Assembly (NCBI RefSeq): GCF_009914755.1
Contig: NC_060932.1
DNA from: the human T2T-CHM13v2.0 reference genome, Homo sapiens
DNA length: 64,000 nucleotides
Reading direction: 5' to 3' (one strand)
Part shown: piece by piece, positions 43,336 through 56,320 of the stretch
How positions within the stretch are numbered: position 1 is the first letter of the stretch
Layout: each line of letters starts with the position of its first letter
Program-made: the position numbers and the translations under genes
The notes under the pieces: generated by a model
Database searches by the model: none
The model's input: only the letters and a program-made list of their open reading frames with translations
Told to the model about the DNA's origin: nothing

Positions 43336-44204
43336 ATGTCTGTTTCAGACAAAGCCCTTCTAGTCTTCGCATTAGATTTGGGAGATTGTCTTTCCATGGC
43401 AAGTACATTTGGGGCCAAAGTTGGTAAATGTATATGGTCTGATTCAGATTCATACCCTCTGAGAGCATCAATTCTATAAGAACCCCTGTCTGACCATAAA
43501 ATCAAAAGGTTGTGAGAGCAATGACAATGTCACCTTGATTTCTGCGTGATTTCTCTTCTCTTCCCATGGCTATTTTTTTTTTAAGTTAGATGGTTGTACA
43601 GATAATTGAGGTATTTGTTGAGAAGACCTGATTCCTCATCAGAAGGAGGAAAAGGGATGATTATTTCCTGAGTATATACCCTGGGCCAGGTACAGTGCTC
43701 AGTGGTTTAGACTTGACTATTGTGTATTATTTTCTCTATCTGGAAGTTATTATTGCCCTTTTTTTTTCAAGTAAATCTACTGAGAGTAGGTGTATTAGTA
43801 CCAAGATGTGTTCATGTTAGATAGAGATGATATTACCTACTTCACTGCGTTGTTGTGAGAATTACAGGAGATAACATGGAGAAGGTGCTTAGAACAATTC
43901 CCAGGAATTAGCGTGCCATCAATAAAACTCCACCATTGACTTTTGTATACTATCACCTAGCTGATAAGCGACAGGAGTAGGAATTCATCCGATGCCTGCC
44001 CAGGATCCATGCATCTCTTACAATTACCTTGAGGTACGCTGAAACATAAACCTTATGAGAGATAGTAATACTATCTAATAAAAATCAAGCTAGGTGTCAC
44101 TAAGTTTGCAAACAATTAGAATGTGGTTATAGAATTGCTAGTTGCAGAAGTTTCTTCTTTGTAAAGCACAGCAGCATCTATATTGTATGCAATGAATACT
44201 GAGA

Positions 44205-44240
44205 GTGTGTGTGTGTGCTTGAGCACACACACACACACAC
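44205..44240. repeat. (GT)n-(AC)n inverted microsatellite
   Basis: GTGTGTGTGTGTGCT (44205-44219), TG spacer, AGCACACACACACAC (44222-44236): a perfect 15-bp inverted repeat. Confidence 0.95.
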
Positions 44241-45254
44241 GATAATCAAACATTGATATTGCTGTGTGGTGGAATTCAGAATGAATTTATTGTATTTTTG
44301 TCACATTTTCTGTTTTTTAAATTTTTTAGAATGAACTATTTTTACAATAATGTGACTGTCAAAAGTGCTTGCAACACTATTTGCATTAGAGGCAAAATAT
44401 AATATTCATTGGCATCTATGTATGTGACATGCTGGCATTCAAACCCTGTCCTTAAGCCCATTTGCAAATACATGCTATGTAAGGAAGAGCTAAGTCACCA
44501 TAGAGTTTCATGTTTTCATTTATGACCAAAAACTTGCATTCTAAAAAAAGTCATTTCCCAAAACTACAAATATAAACAAAACATGGCGATGCGTAATACG
44601 ATCTTTAGGTCTGCAAATAAATAATGCATTTGAATTGTTGTTGTTCTAGATTTAATCAAATACTAGGCCTCAGGCCACAAGATACTCCCCACCTTGATCA
44701 GGCTTGGCCTAGGGCCAGTAACAGAGCTGGGCATATATATATCAGGTTCAACCACATGTCTGTTTCTTACACAGGTCTGACTAGCAATGAACATAGCCTG
44801 GGTCCTGTGCATGGGGCTTGTCTGTACTTCCATTTATTGCATATTGTTTATTAGTATTGAACACAATGGCAGATATAATATGTAAGAAAAAATGGTGAGC
44901 CAAGAAACTATTGTATTAAAATGACAAAAAATACCATTTTGTAGCCCCAAAATAGCAAAAAAAAAAATTAAAAAGGATGAGTACTAATTGTTGGCAAGGA
45001 TATGGAGAAGTTTTCCTACTCTGCTATTGGAAGAATAAAACGGTGTAAACAGTAAAGACAACAAACACTATCATTATTGAGTAATGTTAAAGAAAAGCAT
45101 AATACTCCAAGACAAACACGCACAAACTCATGCACATTTGCACCAACTGACACTTGCAAGAGTGTTAATTCTCCATGCCCTGAATTATCTTTCTTACCTA
45201 CATTTGATGACATAGTCGTTATAATCATTCCCTTCCAGACACCTTCAACTCCCT

Positions 45255-45451
45255 AGACCTGATGCCGCCCACCTGTTTTGTAAATAAAGTTTTGTTGCAC
45301 TACAGAGCCATGTTCTTTTGTTTACACGTTTTCTATGGCGGGTTTTATGCTACAATGGCTGAGTTCAGTAGTCACAACAGAGACTATCTGGCCCACAAAG
45401 TCTAAAATATTTATGACTTTACTCTTTACAGAAAATGTTTACTGAGTCCTG
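45255..45451 (+). mobile_element. MER58A fragment
   Basis: cctgttttgtaaataaagttttgttg...tggcccacaaagtctaaaatattta...ctttacagaaaatgtttactga..cctg. Confidence 0.88.
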
Positions 45452-45797
45452 ACACTATCTCCCCCTTTTTCAAAAACAAAAACAAAGAGCCAGCCTGGAT
45501 AAAAATCGAAGTCTCTACCTCCTCCTCACCTATCTCACGCAGTGGAATATGTCCACAGGAAAACACAATAGGATCTTGGTATCAATTTATGATAGTACTG
45601 AATTCTCCTAAGGTTTTTTTTCCCTTTTCCATTCTATTATATGGATATTTTATACCTTCTCTTCACTCTTCAAAATCTTTGATCCTCATTTTTAGCCATT
45701 GACTTTATTTTCTGTTTCTGAAAGTAAATAGAAGTAAATGGAAAATAATTTTCAAATTTCCATTAGCACTTCACTTATCTCCTCTGACTTCATAATA

Positions 45798-46205
45798 TGT
45801 GTATCAGTTAGCTAATGCTGCATAACAAATGACTTCAAAACTTAAAGCAATAATCATTTAATATTTTATTCAAGCCTATAGTCCAATGGAGCAGACCTGA
45901 TTATTAGGACCTAGCTGTGCTTATCTCATCTGGGCTCCCTCATGTGTATGTGGTCAACTTGTGGTTAGCTGTGGTGACTTTGGCATGAATGACTCAGCTC
46001 TCTGCATCTCTCACATCCCTTGAGCATGCTAGTCCAGGTATGTTGCTATTGTGGTGATGAGAAAGTAGCAAAACACAAGTACTTTTTCAATATCCTGTTT
46101 ACTTCAATTTACTATTGCCTTGTTAGCCAAAATAGTCACATGTTGAGCACAAAGTCCGTGTCAGTATGAACACAGGGAGGTGTGAAAAATCAAACCCACT
46201 AATAT
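45798..46205 (-). mobile_element. MLT1(I/J-like) MaLR LTR
   Basis: tgtgtatcagttagctaatgctgcataacaaatgacttcaaaactta...ttagccaaaatagtcacatg. Confidence 0.7.
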
Positions 46206-46229
46206 GTCCATACGCTATTATATTAAATA

Positions 46230-46900
46230 ACTGGTTTATTTCTTACTACCTTAGTCTAAACTACCATCAACTCTGAAGTTGATTCTCACAATACCTTCCA
46301 GTTGGACTCCTTGACTCAGCCCCAGGTTCTTTAATGTCCATATTCAACACAGCAGCCAGCGTGATTCTATTAATAGTAATTCATATCATGTTACTCTTCT
46401 GATCAAATCTTCCCAAAGACTTCGAACAAAAGCAAAGATCTTATCTTGGTTAACGAGGTCCTATAACATTTCTGACCTCATCTTGTACAATTTTTCTCTC
46501 AGCCACCCTAGTCTAGGTGCAATGGTACACTTACCATTCCTTGAATGTTCTAGAACAATACTTATTGAAGGCCTTTGCATAATGTTTGGAATAGTTTTTC
46601 TTCAGAGAACACCAGATTAAGTTCTCTACTTAAATGGTCACCTTATCAATGAAGATTTCCCTAACTGTGCCATATACAATAGCTATACTCTCCTGTCCAA
46701 CCAGTCTCACCCCCTATTCTGCTTTATTTTTTTCCACATCTGACATATTGTGTATTCACAATTTTTTGTGTGTTTTCACTTTAGAATGTAAGCTTCATGA
46801 GAGCATAACTTCAGTTATTGCTATTTCTTCATTGCCTAAAACAGTGCATGCCATAGAATATGTCCTCAAAAATTATTTGTAGAATAACAGAGCAGGTAAA
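46230..46900 (+). mobile_element. L2a 3' portion
   Basis: tcaacacagcagccagcgtgat...tagaatgtaagcttcatgagagca...cctcaaaaattatttgtagaat. Confidence 0.85.
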
Positions 46901-47669
46901 TGTGTAAATAAACAAAATTAAATTCAGAATTATAAAATGTACACTTACTGTATGATGGATTAATTAATCATAGTATACTTTTACCTTGGAATACCATGCA
47001 GCAGTGAGTCAGAATAAAGCACTACAGCATAGATCAACATGGATGAGTCATATTATACATTGTTGAGTTAAAAAAAGAAGTAAATTACAAGAGAACTGTA
47101 ACAATGACCACAGAAAAAATGAGATTACATTACTTGAGGTCAGAAACTATAGATGAGTATGTCATTCTAGGAGTGCACTCTAGTCTCAGATTACCCTCTC
47201 TTGACTGCATCCTGGAGGGTGAACAGTAGATAATTGTGTTGCAGTGTCAGAGGTGAGAGTATTGGGGGAAATGCAGAAAACTAACTGGGCAGGGTCTGTC
47301 TTGTGCCTTACTTTCAGCAAACCATCATAATAGCCAGTTGGAAAGTGACCCTTCAAATTAAAAGTAATACTTTTTTGCGTTTCAGTGTCATGAGTTTTTA
47401 ATAGTATCTTTTGTAACACAAATAAAATAAACAAACAACGTCCTCAGAGGAAATAATAGGTCAAAATCTAAAATCTAAGGCCTGGACAGAATTCTTAGTT
47501 CTATTAGGCATAGTTAGACAGGCAATGTCTCTGTTTCTCTGAGTCATCTACAAAAAAAAAAAAAAAGAACAGTATATCTAACCACCTATTTAAAAACTAC
47601 TTTGACAATGACCTAAAGCATGACCATGACAAAATAAATAGGACAATATGTCCCCAAACACTGTGGAAT

Positions 47670-47940
47670 ATCAGTAGAACTTGAACTTTTGGGTCAGAAA
47701 GACCTAAGTCCTAACTCTACAATTTACAACCCATATGTCCTTAGAAAAGTTGTCTGATTTTTTCAGCCCTGAGTTTCAGTGTTCTGTAAAACAAAAAATA
47801 GAGACATTAGTAAGTATGTTAAAGATTTTTGCAGTGATCAATAGAGAAAACAATTTTAAAAGTACCTAACATAAAGACCTAATATGAAAGTCTAAAAATC
47901 GTACAAATGATTCCATGAATAAATAAATAAATGAATGAAA
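47670..47940 (+). mobile_element. MIR fragment
   Basis: gaacttttgggtcagaaagacctaagtcc...gagtttcagtgttctgtaaaac. Confidence 0.6.
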
Positions 47941-48299
47941 AAATATATTCTATAGTCAGGTAGGGAGATTTATGCAATTAACTCTGAGTCCTTGTTTCAA
48001 TGCATGATAAGTGTGCTTGAATTTTTTTCCAGGAGAACAGTGCATATTTCTGTGTTAGAGAAATAGACAAGGCATCCTGGAGGAATTCAGGCCTTGGAAT
48101 ATAGTGAGGCTTTTCTGCTATGGAGAATAGAGGAGGTCTTTTATATTGGGGATGAAGGAGGGGAGTTGCATTGGGAGCCAAGGCAAGAATGAGCTTTGTT
48201 ATCAACTTAGCGTATCTACTAATTGAACTCAAGTATTTCTACTGATGAAAACTACATGAATAGCCACCCAATGTCATTAACATAGAAACACAGTTTCAT

Positions 48300-48608
48300 A
48301 ATAATGTACAAAGCTTTGGGGCTTGATGTGCTTTAGAATCCTTTTTTTCTTTTTTCTTTTTCCTGTCTCTCTTTTTTTTTAATTTTAGAAGCTAATGTCC
48401 TCAGTGGATCAGAGACAACAAACCATTAGTAAGTCTGTTAATGTTTCTCCAGTAAACCACAGAAACTTTCACACTAATGAGATAAATAAAGACTATAAAG
48501 CAACTCATGACAATTCAGGCAATGTTTTGCTGCAGATGGTTATAAAAAACATTCAGCTTTCAAATAGTTTTGAACTTCAACAGTGCAGATAAGAAACAGC
48601 TTGCATTA
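48300..48608 (+). mobile_element. MER46C-like TcMar-Tigger relic
   Basis: ttcacactaatgagataaataaagactataaagcaactcatgacaattcaggcaatgttttgctgc...cagtgcagataag. Confidence 0.7.
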
Positions 48609-49273
48609 AATCTTAAGAAGAAAAAAAAAGCTTGACCACATGAAAACACTCTTGGCCACATCTGAGATAAACATCTTACAAAACCACTTAGGGCAAGAGG
48701 TTCAGCAGAAGAAATGTTATGCCCATATCTCAATTACTTCACAATAGATTGGTTTCCCTCTCCTTTAAATAAGCCACAGAATTAGGAGGCCCTCGAGAGA
48801 AATCTGAGCTGTCACATACTAATTAACACAAATAGCAATTCTCACATGGATGAATTATGTCTGAAAAATCATCTTTGACAGAACACATCTAAGTATCACA
48901 GGGAAGTGATGACAAATAAGTGTTTTCTCTCTCTATAATGGCTTGAATTGCAAGACATTTCCAATATAAGATCAAGAGAACACCAATTTATCTGACAAGG
49001 GAGAGAAAATGTGAGGCATGTTTTCCTAACTTTTTTTTTCTTGAGATGTCAAAGATTTAACTCAAATCTGCAGCTCTTTGCTTATTATTAGTGTTATTTC
49101 AAAAGCATGCTTAATGTGCTGGGCTCCAAAATGGTTAACATAATGCAAACAAAAAGCACTTTCCCATCACACTCATTGAAAGACAATATCTTCATTTCTA
49201 TTAAATAATTTTTTGCAAGGGAATTGGTAAGCAGATTCCTGCCAGTCTCTCACTCTTAAGAGTTGTGCACATC

Positions 49274-49640
<367 letters not shown>

Positions 49641-50019
49641 TTAAAATTAAGACAAAGTACTTAATGTAGACAAAAAAAGATCAAATGTAGACATTGAGAA
49701 CCCTCCAGTGAGTTTGTTTTAATAACCTGATCTTACCAATTTGATTATACAAAACATTTTTATCCTCCCCTATTTGGAATGAAAATTGAAATGGACTTGG
49801 TTTTAGGTCCTCCTGATAAGTGATTGTGCTGAGAATTCTGCATATGGTGGCCAAGAGTAGAGGATTCAGAAATCAATTTCAAGCCATGGTCCTTGCAGAA
49901 GGAAAGAGTGGAATGAAATGAGTTGAAAAAATTCAAAGGATGATGATGAGATGGCATCCTGGAGACCCAGCCAATATTCATGAGCCAAGAAAACTTGGAA
50001 TAAAATGGGAGAAACAGGG

Positions 50020-50180
50020 TTGCTTCGTAGAAAGCCCAGCATTTGGAGTCAAACAGATCTGGGCTTGAAACCCATGCTCTCACATATTAGCTATGTGATT
50101 TTGAATGTCATTGAAACTTTCTGAGCTCTGAGCAAGGATATATCCATGTGAAAAATAAAGAAAATGGTGTCAGCCTGCAC
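50020..50180 (+). mobile_element. MIR fragment
   Basis: tttggagtcaaacagatctgggcttgaaaccc...tagctatgtgattttg. Confidence 0.7.
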
Positions 50181-50289
50181 TTATTCTGGAGATTCAAGGA
50201 GAAAGTGCCAGAGTACCTGGCATATGGAATGTCTTTGGTAGAGGCAGCTATTTTTGTAGGAAGGTGTTGTTGACTCTGCAGATAAAAAT

Positions 50290-50333
<44 letters not shown>
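50290..50333. repeat. (TGA)14 perfect trinucleotide microsatellite
   Basis: Uninterrupted GAT repeat at 50291-50332. Confidence 0.97.
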
Positions 50334-50474
50334 GTAGTGACTGGTAATAGCCAGATGAAACTCAGACCCAAGAGGATTTGGGGTTTGCAATAATCACAGT
50401 GTTATGATCTGACAATCTTATAATGCATGGAGGCCTGAAACTAGCGTAACCAAACCAAATCAAACTTTCCTCTT

Positions 50475-51120
50475 TAGTTTGTGCCATAAGTTCTTCCATG
50501 TGCTGAGAACACAATGGTGGATTAGACAGAGAAAATTTTTGCCCAGTGGAATCTGTCTTCTAGGGAGGGGAAAAATGACGAATGCAGGGACAAATGAATA
50601 TGGGAGACGTGTTCAGGTACTGGTAAAGTCACTTAAAATTATACCAGGAATTATGTATAGAAAGCAATAATTTTTATTTCATGGGGGAGGGAGGTAGAGT
50701 ATTGCTTTACCTGGAGTTGTTAGAAAAAGTTTCCCTTAGAAGCATATTTTTGAATTGAAACTGAAATGATCAAAAAAGAGAAAGTCGAATTTATATAGGA
50801 CTGTGTACATCATGGTAAGGATTTTGGGTTTTTTTTCCTAAGTGAAAAGGAAAATGATTAGATGGTTTTAAGCAGGAGATGACATAATCTGATTACGCTT
50901 TAGGGAGATTACTCTGGTTGCTGAGTACAGGATATTAGGCTGTTGGGTGGAGTGGGGGTGGCATGAGAGAAAACAGGAATAGCAGCTGAGGAGGCTCGTG
51001 CAGAAATTCAGAAAAGACCATGGCTTTTACTAGGTTCTTGGTTTTGGAGTAATGTGATATGGTAGAATTTGGGGATCTATTTTGGAGATATACTGACACA
51101 AATTATTAAGGGACTATCTG
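50475..51120 (-). mobile_element. L2 fragment
   Basis: catggtaaggattttggg...ggttttaagcaggagatgacataatctgatt...gattactctggttgctg. Confidence 0.8.
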
Positions 51121-51189
51121 GGAGCCAAAACCTGTCAAGTCAGGAATAGCCTTCGTACCTTGGAAAAATCCAAAATCAGATGTAAAGCA

Positions 51190-51980
51190 ATCTATACACT
51201 TTAGGGACTTTCCTTGTGCATAGAATACACTTTGAAGTCCATACCCAAGCATCAAATCCCTTTTGTAACCTTGCCCCTACCCACCTCTCTGCATACTCTC
51301 TATGTAGTCTTTATGCCTCTGCCATATAGGCATAATTCCATTTGCATCAATCTCTTTGGTGCCTAAACCTGTTGCTCATGCTGATCTTTCTGGTTGGAGT
51401 ACTCTAGAAAACATTCCAAGACTCTTCACTTACTAACTCCAACCCTTCCTCTAGATCTGACATTAAACGTCCTTTCCTCAAAAGACTTTCCTGGCTCCAC
51501 TAAGTTTACCCTTCTGGTTGACACGGGTCCAGCACTCTGAACTTCTCAGTAATAATAATAACATAATTAATAGGTAATATTTCCTAAGGGCATACTGTGT
51601 TGTTGCCCCTCTTAGGTAGTGTACCTGAATTATCTAACTGAATCCTCACAACAGCATTATAAATTTAGGTGGTTGTATTATCACCATTTTACATACTAAG
51701 TACCTGAGGCTCAGAGCATTTGAGCAAGACAGCTAATCAGCACTGGGACCAGGGTTTTACTAAGGCAGGCTGATTCAAAAACCATAATTGCAAACTACTC
51801 AACTTGTGACCTTTGTATTATTTGCAATTATTTGTTTGTGTCTGTTTTCTCTTAGATTTAATACTTCATTAGGCTCAGAAGCTTGTCAGTCTGGTTTGAA
51901 GTAATATGCATCCTGCTAACTAAAGGCTTACCATATAGCCTGGAAAAGGGTGATCATATGACATATATTTGTTAACTAAT
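51190..51980 (+). mobile_element. L2 fragment interrupted by an antisense MIR (~51555-51800)
   Basis: L2 gtcctttcctcaaaagactttcctgg. MIR aatcctcacaacagc...attatcaccattttaca...ctgaggctcagag. Confidence 0.65.
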
Positions 51981-52276
51981 CATTTATCCTTTCAAACCAA
52001 TGCCATGTGAGAACCAAGCAGAAATCTCATGAGCACTCAGGAGCTGTCCCAGTAATATTGAATTTGGCTCATCCTGCCTATGAAGGTTTTGGCTCATAAA
52101 ACACCTGCAGATCAGAGTGGGTGATTCCTCATTTGGCTGTGTCCACTGAGATCCAAATGGGATGGCTTTGCTGAGTTGCATGTTCATGGGGTTCTCATGA
52201 AAGCCCCAGACACCAGTCGCATAACACCTTCTGTACTACTTAAGGAACTGCTGTTGAGGACTTGGGGCTGTGCCCA

Positions 52277-53150
52277 TGATTCAGGATTTTTCCTTGACCT
52301 CTTCACAGAAATCACAACAGAATTGCCCTGTTTACTCAGCCTGCCACACTCCACCCCTTGCAAGAGGGAGCACATGATTGAACAAGTGTGGGAACTGGGC
52401 TAACCACTTTGGTGCCAGCAGGAGCAAACTCCATGCAGGCCCCGTGGTGCCATCCAGGTGAAGGTGCCTGTGACCCCCAGGCTCCAGAGGGCATGTTACA
52501 ATCCTTTCTTAGCTTTACCATCTACAGAAAGCAGTGTGTTATTAGCTTAGTGGACCCTTTGCCTCATTGCATGGGGCAGCTGCTTTCTACCAGCAAGAAC
52601 AAAGGGCCAGTGTGACAGCCTTTTTGGATACCCACAGTTGGTGGGTCCCAAACTCTTGTCCAGTGCCCAAGAAGAATGAGGTCATGCAGATAGATTGAAG
52701 GATGATAAATGTGAAGAATTTTATTGAGTGATGAAAGCGGATCTCAGTGGAGAGGGGAGGTGGAAAGGGGATGGGGAGGGCAGATTGCTCTCCCTGAAGT
52801 CAAGTTGCCTCTCTGCCTCTCTCCTTCAAAGTCAAGTCACCTTTCTCTGATGCCCAGCCATTGTCTCTGAAGTCAAATTGCCCTTCCCTGATGTCCAGCT
52901 GCTTCTCCTCTCTACTGGCTGAGTCTTGGGTCTTTATAGGCACAGAATAGTGGGGTGAGGTGGGCCATAGGTAGTTTTGGAATTGGTAAAAAGACATTAT
53001 TCAGAAAGAACCAATCGAGAGAGAGTGGGCAAACAGGGATAGAAGTTCTCACTTTGGGCTGTGGGTTTCAGGCTTTTCAGTTTGAAGGTGGAATTTTGCC
53101 AGGGACCTGCCTCTGTCTGCCTAGAGTTTCTCTACCTCCTGCCTCTGTCA
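52277..53150 (-). mobile_element. ERV1 solo LTR of the LTR27/LTR28/MER52 group
   Basis: TG...CA termini (tgattcaggatttttccttgacc ... cctcctgcctctgtca); gtcccaaactcttgtccagtgcccaagaagaatgagg; ttttattgagtg (antisense polyA signal). 4-bp flanks CCCA/CCTG. Confidence 0.85.
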
Positions 53151-53334
53151 CCTGAGAGCCATACAGCTTTCACAGGAAAAGCTCAGCCATTCCTGCATTG
53201 CTCAGTAGTCCAGACTTCTTGACCTGGAAATTCTCCTTTTGCATGAGGTGCCCCTTCCTGAGCTGTAAACAAAGCTCCCGGTGATCCTAGTGACCTAGGG
53301 CAATTCCAATCCTGAGGAAGCCTTCTTTGTGGCA

Positions 53335-53545
53335 GACTGGTCAGGAATGAGTCTGGACTTCACATTGAAGAGCATGTTCAGAATTTAGACTCTACCACTT
53401 AACTAGCTGCATATGCACAGATTTGGGCAAGATTCTTAAACTCGCTGAAGCTCAGACTTCTCACCTGCACATGGAAATGACATCATCCAGAGTTGTGAGG
53501 ATTAAAATAGATGGTGTATAAAACATCAGTACTTGCATTGCTAAA
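53335..53545 (+). mobile_element. MIR fragment
   Basis: ctctaccacttaactagctg...ttgggcaagattcttaaactcgctgaagctcag...gttgtgaggattaaa. Confidence 0.8.
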
Positions 53546-53679
53546 AGAAACTCTTTACTTTTGCAGAGCACTTTTTAGTTTCTAAAACTAAATCATATCC
53601 ATTTGTTCATTTGTCTTGAACATGGCAATTGACATTCTAATTTTAGAATTTAAGCAATCATTTATAAAACTAATATTTT

Positions 53680-54070
53680 GACCTATTCTGTTAATAAAGA
53701 TAAAATAGACTATGATGTAGTAACAAAGACAACAACAGAAAGAAAAAATATGGGATCTTAACAGCTTAATCTTAAGCAAAAAGTGGTTTCTTTTTACTTC
53801 CATCACAGTTCTATTCAGGTTGGGCATGGTTAAGCAGAGCCTCAGACCACTATTCACTTGTTACTCTACCATCTCAGGACCCTTCATTTCCAATCACAGT
53901 GACAATAAGGAATAAAAGATGCTAATTTGCTCTTAACTGCCTCTTACCAGAAGTGACACATCACTTTGGCTTTCATTCCCTTGGGAGGACAGTCACAGAG
54001 TATCATCTGGTTTCTTGGGGGCTTGAATATGAAGAGGAGCACATGGATATTTATGTGTAAACAGGTTCTG
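53680..54070 (-). mobile_element. MLT1(K/L-like) LTR remnant
   Basis: gtagtaacaaagacaac...ccagaagtgacacatcactttggctttcattcccttgg. Confidence 0.6.
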
Positions 54071-56029
54071 CTATCCCTACTCTGTGCCAGGAGCTAAGAA
54101 TAAAGAATTTAGTAAACAAATTTTATTTTCTCAGTAGAAAGATCCACATGGTTTTATCTCTTAATGTGAAACTGAAATGTGTTTTGTAATCAATGCTTCT
54201 ATTTTATACAGTAGGGTTCATCACATCAATAAAAAGTTGTTATTGAAATGAGGATGTGTGTTACCACCAGTGAGAGTAAAATCAAGGAATTTCTCCCTCA
54301 AGAAACTCTATGCAGAGTTGCATAGAATTTTCAATAGAGGAAGGCAAGGTGCTATCAAGGTTCAGTGCAAAGGCAGCTAATCCAGTCCGAGGGGACTTCC
54401 TAGAGAAAGTGGTATCTGAAATTTAAAAAATAAATAGAAGTTATCTATGGAAAAGAAGGCAGCACTTATAAACATGGAGGCAGGAAAGAGCATGGCTCAT
54501 TTAGAGAAATGCAAACAATTTCCATTACTGGAGAACACACATAGAAGTGAGAGGATTCAAAATGAAGAAATGAAGGGCCGTGGTGATCATGCTTCCTACT
54601 ATGAATATTATCTCATTAAAAGATTCCAAGTTATGGACTAAGAGATGGCTAGGGTTTTCAGAAAGTCACAGAATACCTGAAAAATCCTGGTCTCCTTATA
54701 AAAAAGATACATTGTTCCATCTTCAGACTTATATCCAGGACTCTCGTGCAATGTGAATTCCTTTCATCCTGTGATGTGAGCAGGAGTGAAGAAGCGCAGG
54801 TTGAATATGTGTTTTGTGAGATGGGTTTATGGGAAGGACTAAAGGAAGAATGGGTTTCCTTTATCATGAATTATCTCACAATAGCCACACATTAAAATAA
54901 TGCAGCATTTAGAGAATCTGGGCTTCTGGATCAGAGCCCTGAGCTCCCTGTCAGGGGAAATTCATAGACAGTTGCAATGAATGATCACCTGTGTCTTGAT
55001 TTATGGTGATAAGCATGTCAATGACCTTGTTGTATAATATGGCTTGCATGGCAAGACAGGAATCAGCCCCACCACAAGGAGAGAGCCTGCCATCATTCTT
55101 CACCTTGACAATGACCTTGTTCTCCCACTCTTTTTTACCTGTACCCTCTTGAGCTGCCTTCATCAAACACTCCCTCCACTGCCTTACTTTTTTTGGGAAA
55201 CTCTATGAAGCAGAAGCAATCATACTAAGACAGAGAAGTGAGCTAGTGTTCAGAGTAGAGTGACAAGGGCTAGCAACGCAAGGTGAACTGAGCCGTGAAC
55301 TGCATCACACCGGCTCATGCATATGTTGCACACTTGTAGGCAGATGTCATATGTGCTCCTTCCAGTGTGAGCCAAGCTGGGATGCCAGACTCATAAAGCC
55401 ATGCCATGTCGCACCTTCACAACCTTCCAAATGCATTCAGATGTCACTATTCATGCCATGTGCTTGGGTGGCCAAACCTTCAATGCTGCAGAAGGGCTGT
55501 GACATTAGAAGTTTGGTCTCTGTGGAGTCTCCTGCATGGACCTCCTCTCCCAACACACTATGCTTAGTCAGCATATGCTCAGGGAATCTATAAACAGGGA
55601 CTCAAAAAATGAGAAGATTTTGGCTTCAATATAGTTTTTATAGAATAGCCCATTTCATAAAAAAAACAAGAGAGATATTTCAATTTGACCATATGCGTAA
55701 GCTTTCTGGTTATGGTTTAATATTATATTCATTTTGAATTGTGTTGAAGGATGCAAGGTGGTGGAATAATGTAGCCTTTCCAGGGTCCAGGGAGTGCCAA
55801 GAAAATAGGCCTTCCCTGGTCCATTTATCATCATCAATTCACAACTGTTCTTCTATATACTGGCCCCCCTCCCACCCCCACTCTGACCCACTCTCCACAT
55901 TAACACCATTGCTTTCCAGTAGGACTTGCAGGGCTGCTCTTCCCCATAAAACCCACCATCTCGAAGCTAATGCTCAGGCTCTTTGAGTTGATGCACAGGA
56001 CCACTTGTGTGTGTTTCATCTTTCTTTGC

Positions 56030-56320
56030 TCCTCCCCTCACACAACTGCACCTGTACCCTCCCAAAACTGGATGCCTTTCTGTCCCCCTGCTCTCTTGGC
56101 TCTCCCTAGTGAGAATTGAAACCTTCCCCTTCTGAGCTTCCACAAACATGCCAGGCAACCGCTGTTACCCCTTACACTGTGTCACAATTTGTTTTGATGT
56201 ACCTGTACCTATCCTCCCCAACAGACTGTCAGAAACTCAAGGCAAGTGTATATATTCTCTTTAGTTTTCGGAACCTGGCAGGGTGCATAAGGTACAGTTA
56301 ACATTAACTAAATAAAATTA
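56030..56320 (+). mobile_element. L2 3' fragment
   Basis: cctccccaacagactgtcagaaactcaaggcaag...acctggcagggtgcataaggtac. Confidence 0.65.

Noticed and set aside
50108-50390. Poly-His and poly-Ile ORFs
   Set aside because: These are translations of the (TGA)14 microsatellite.
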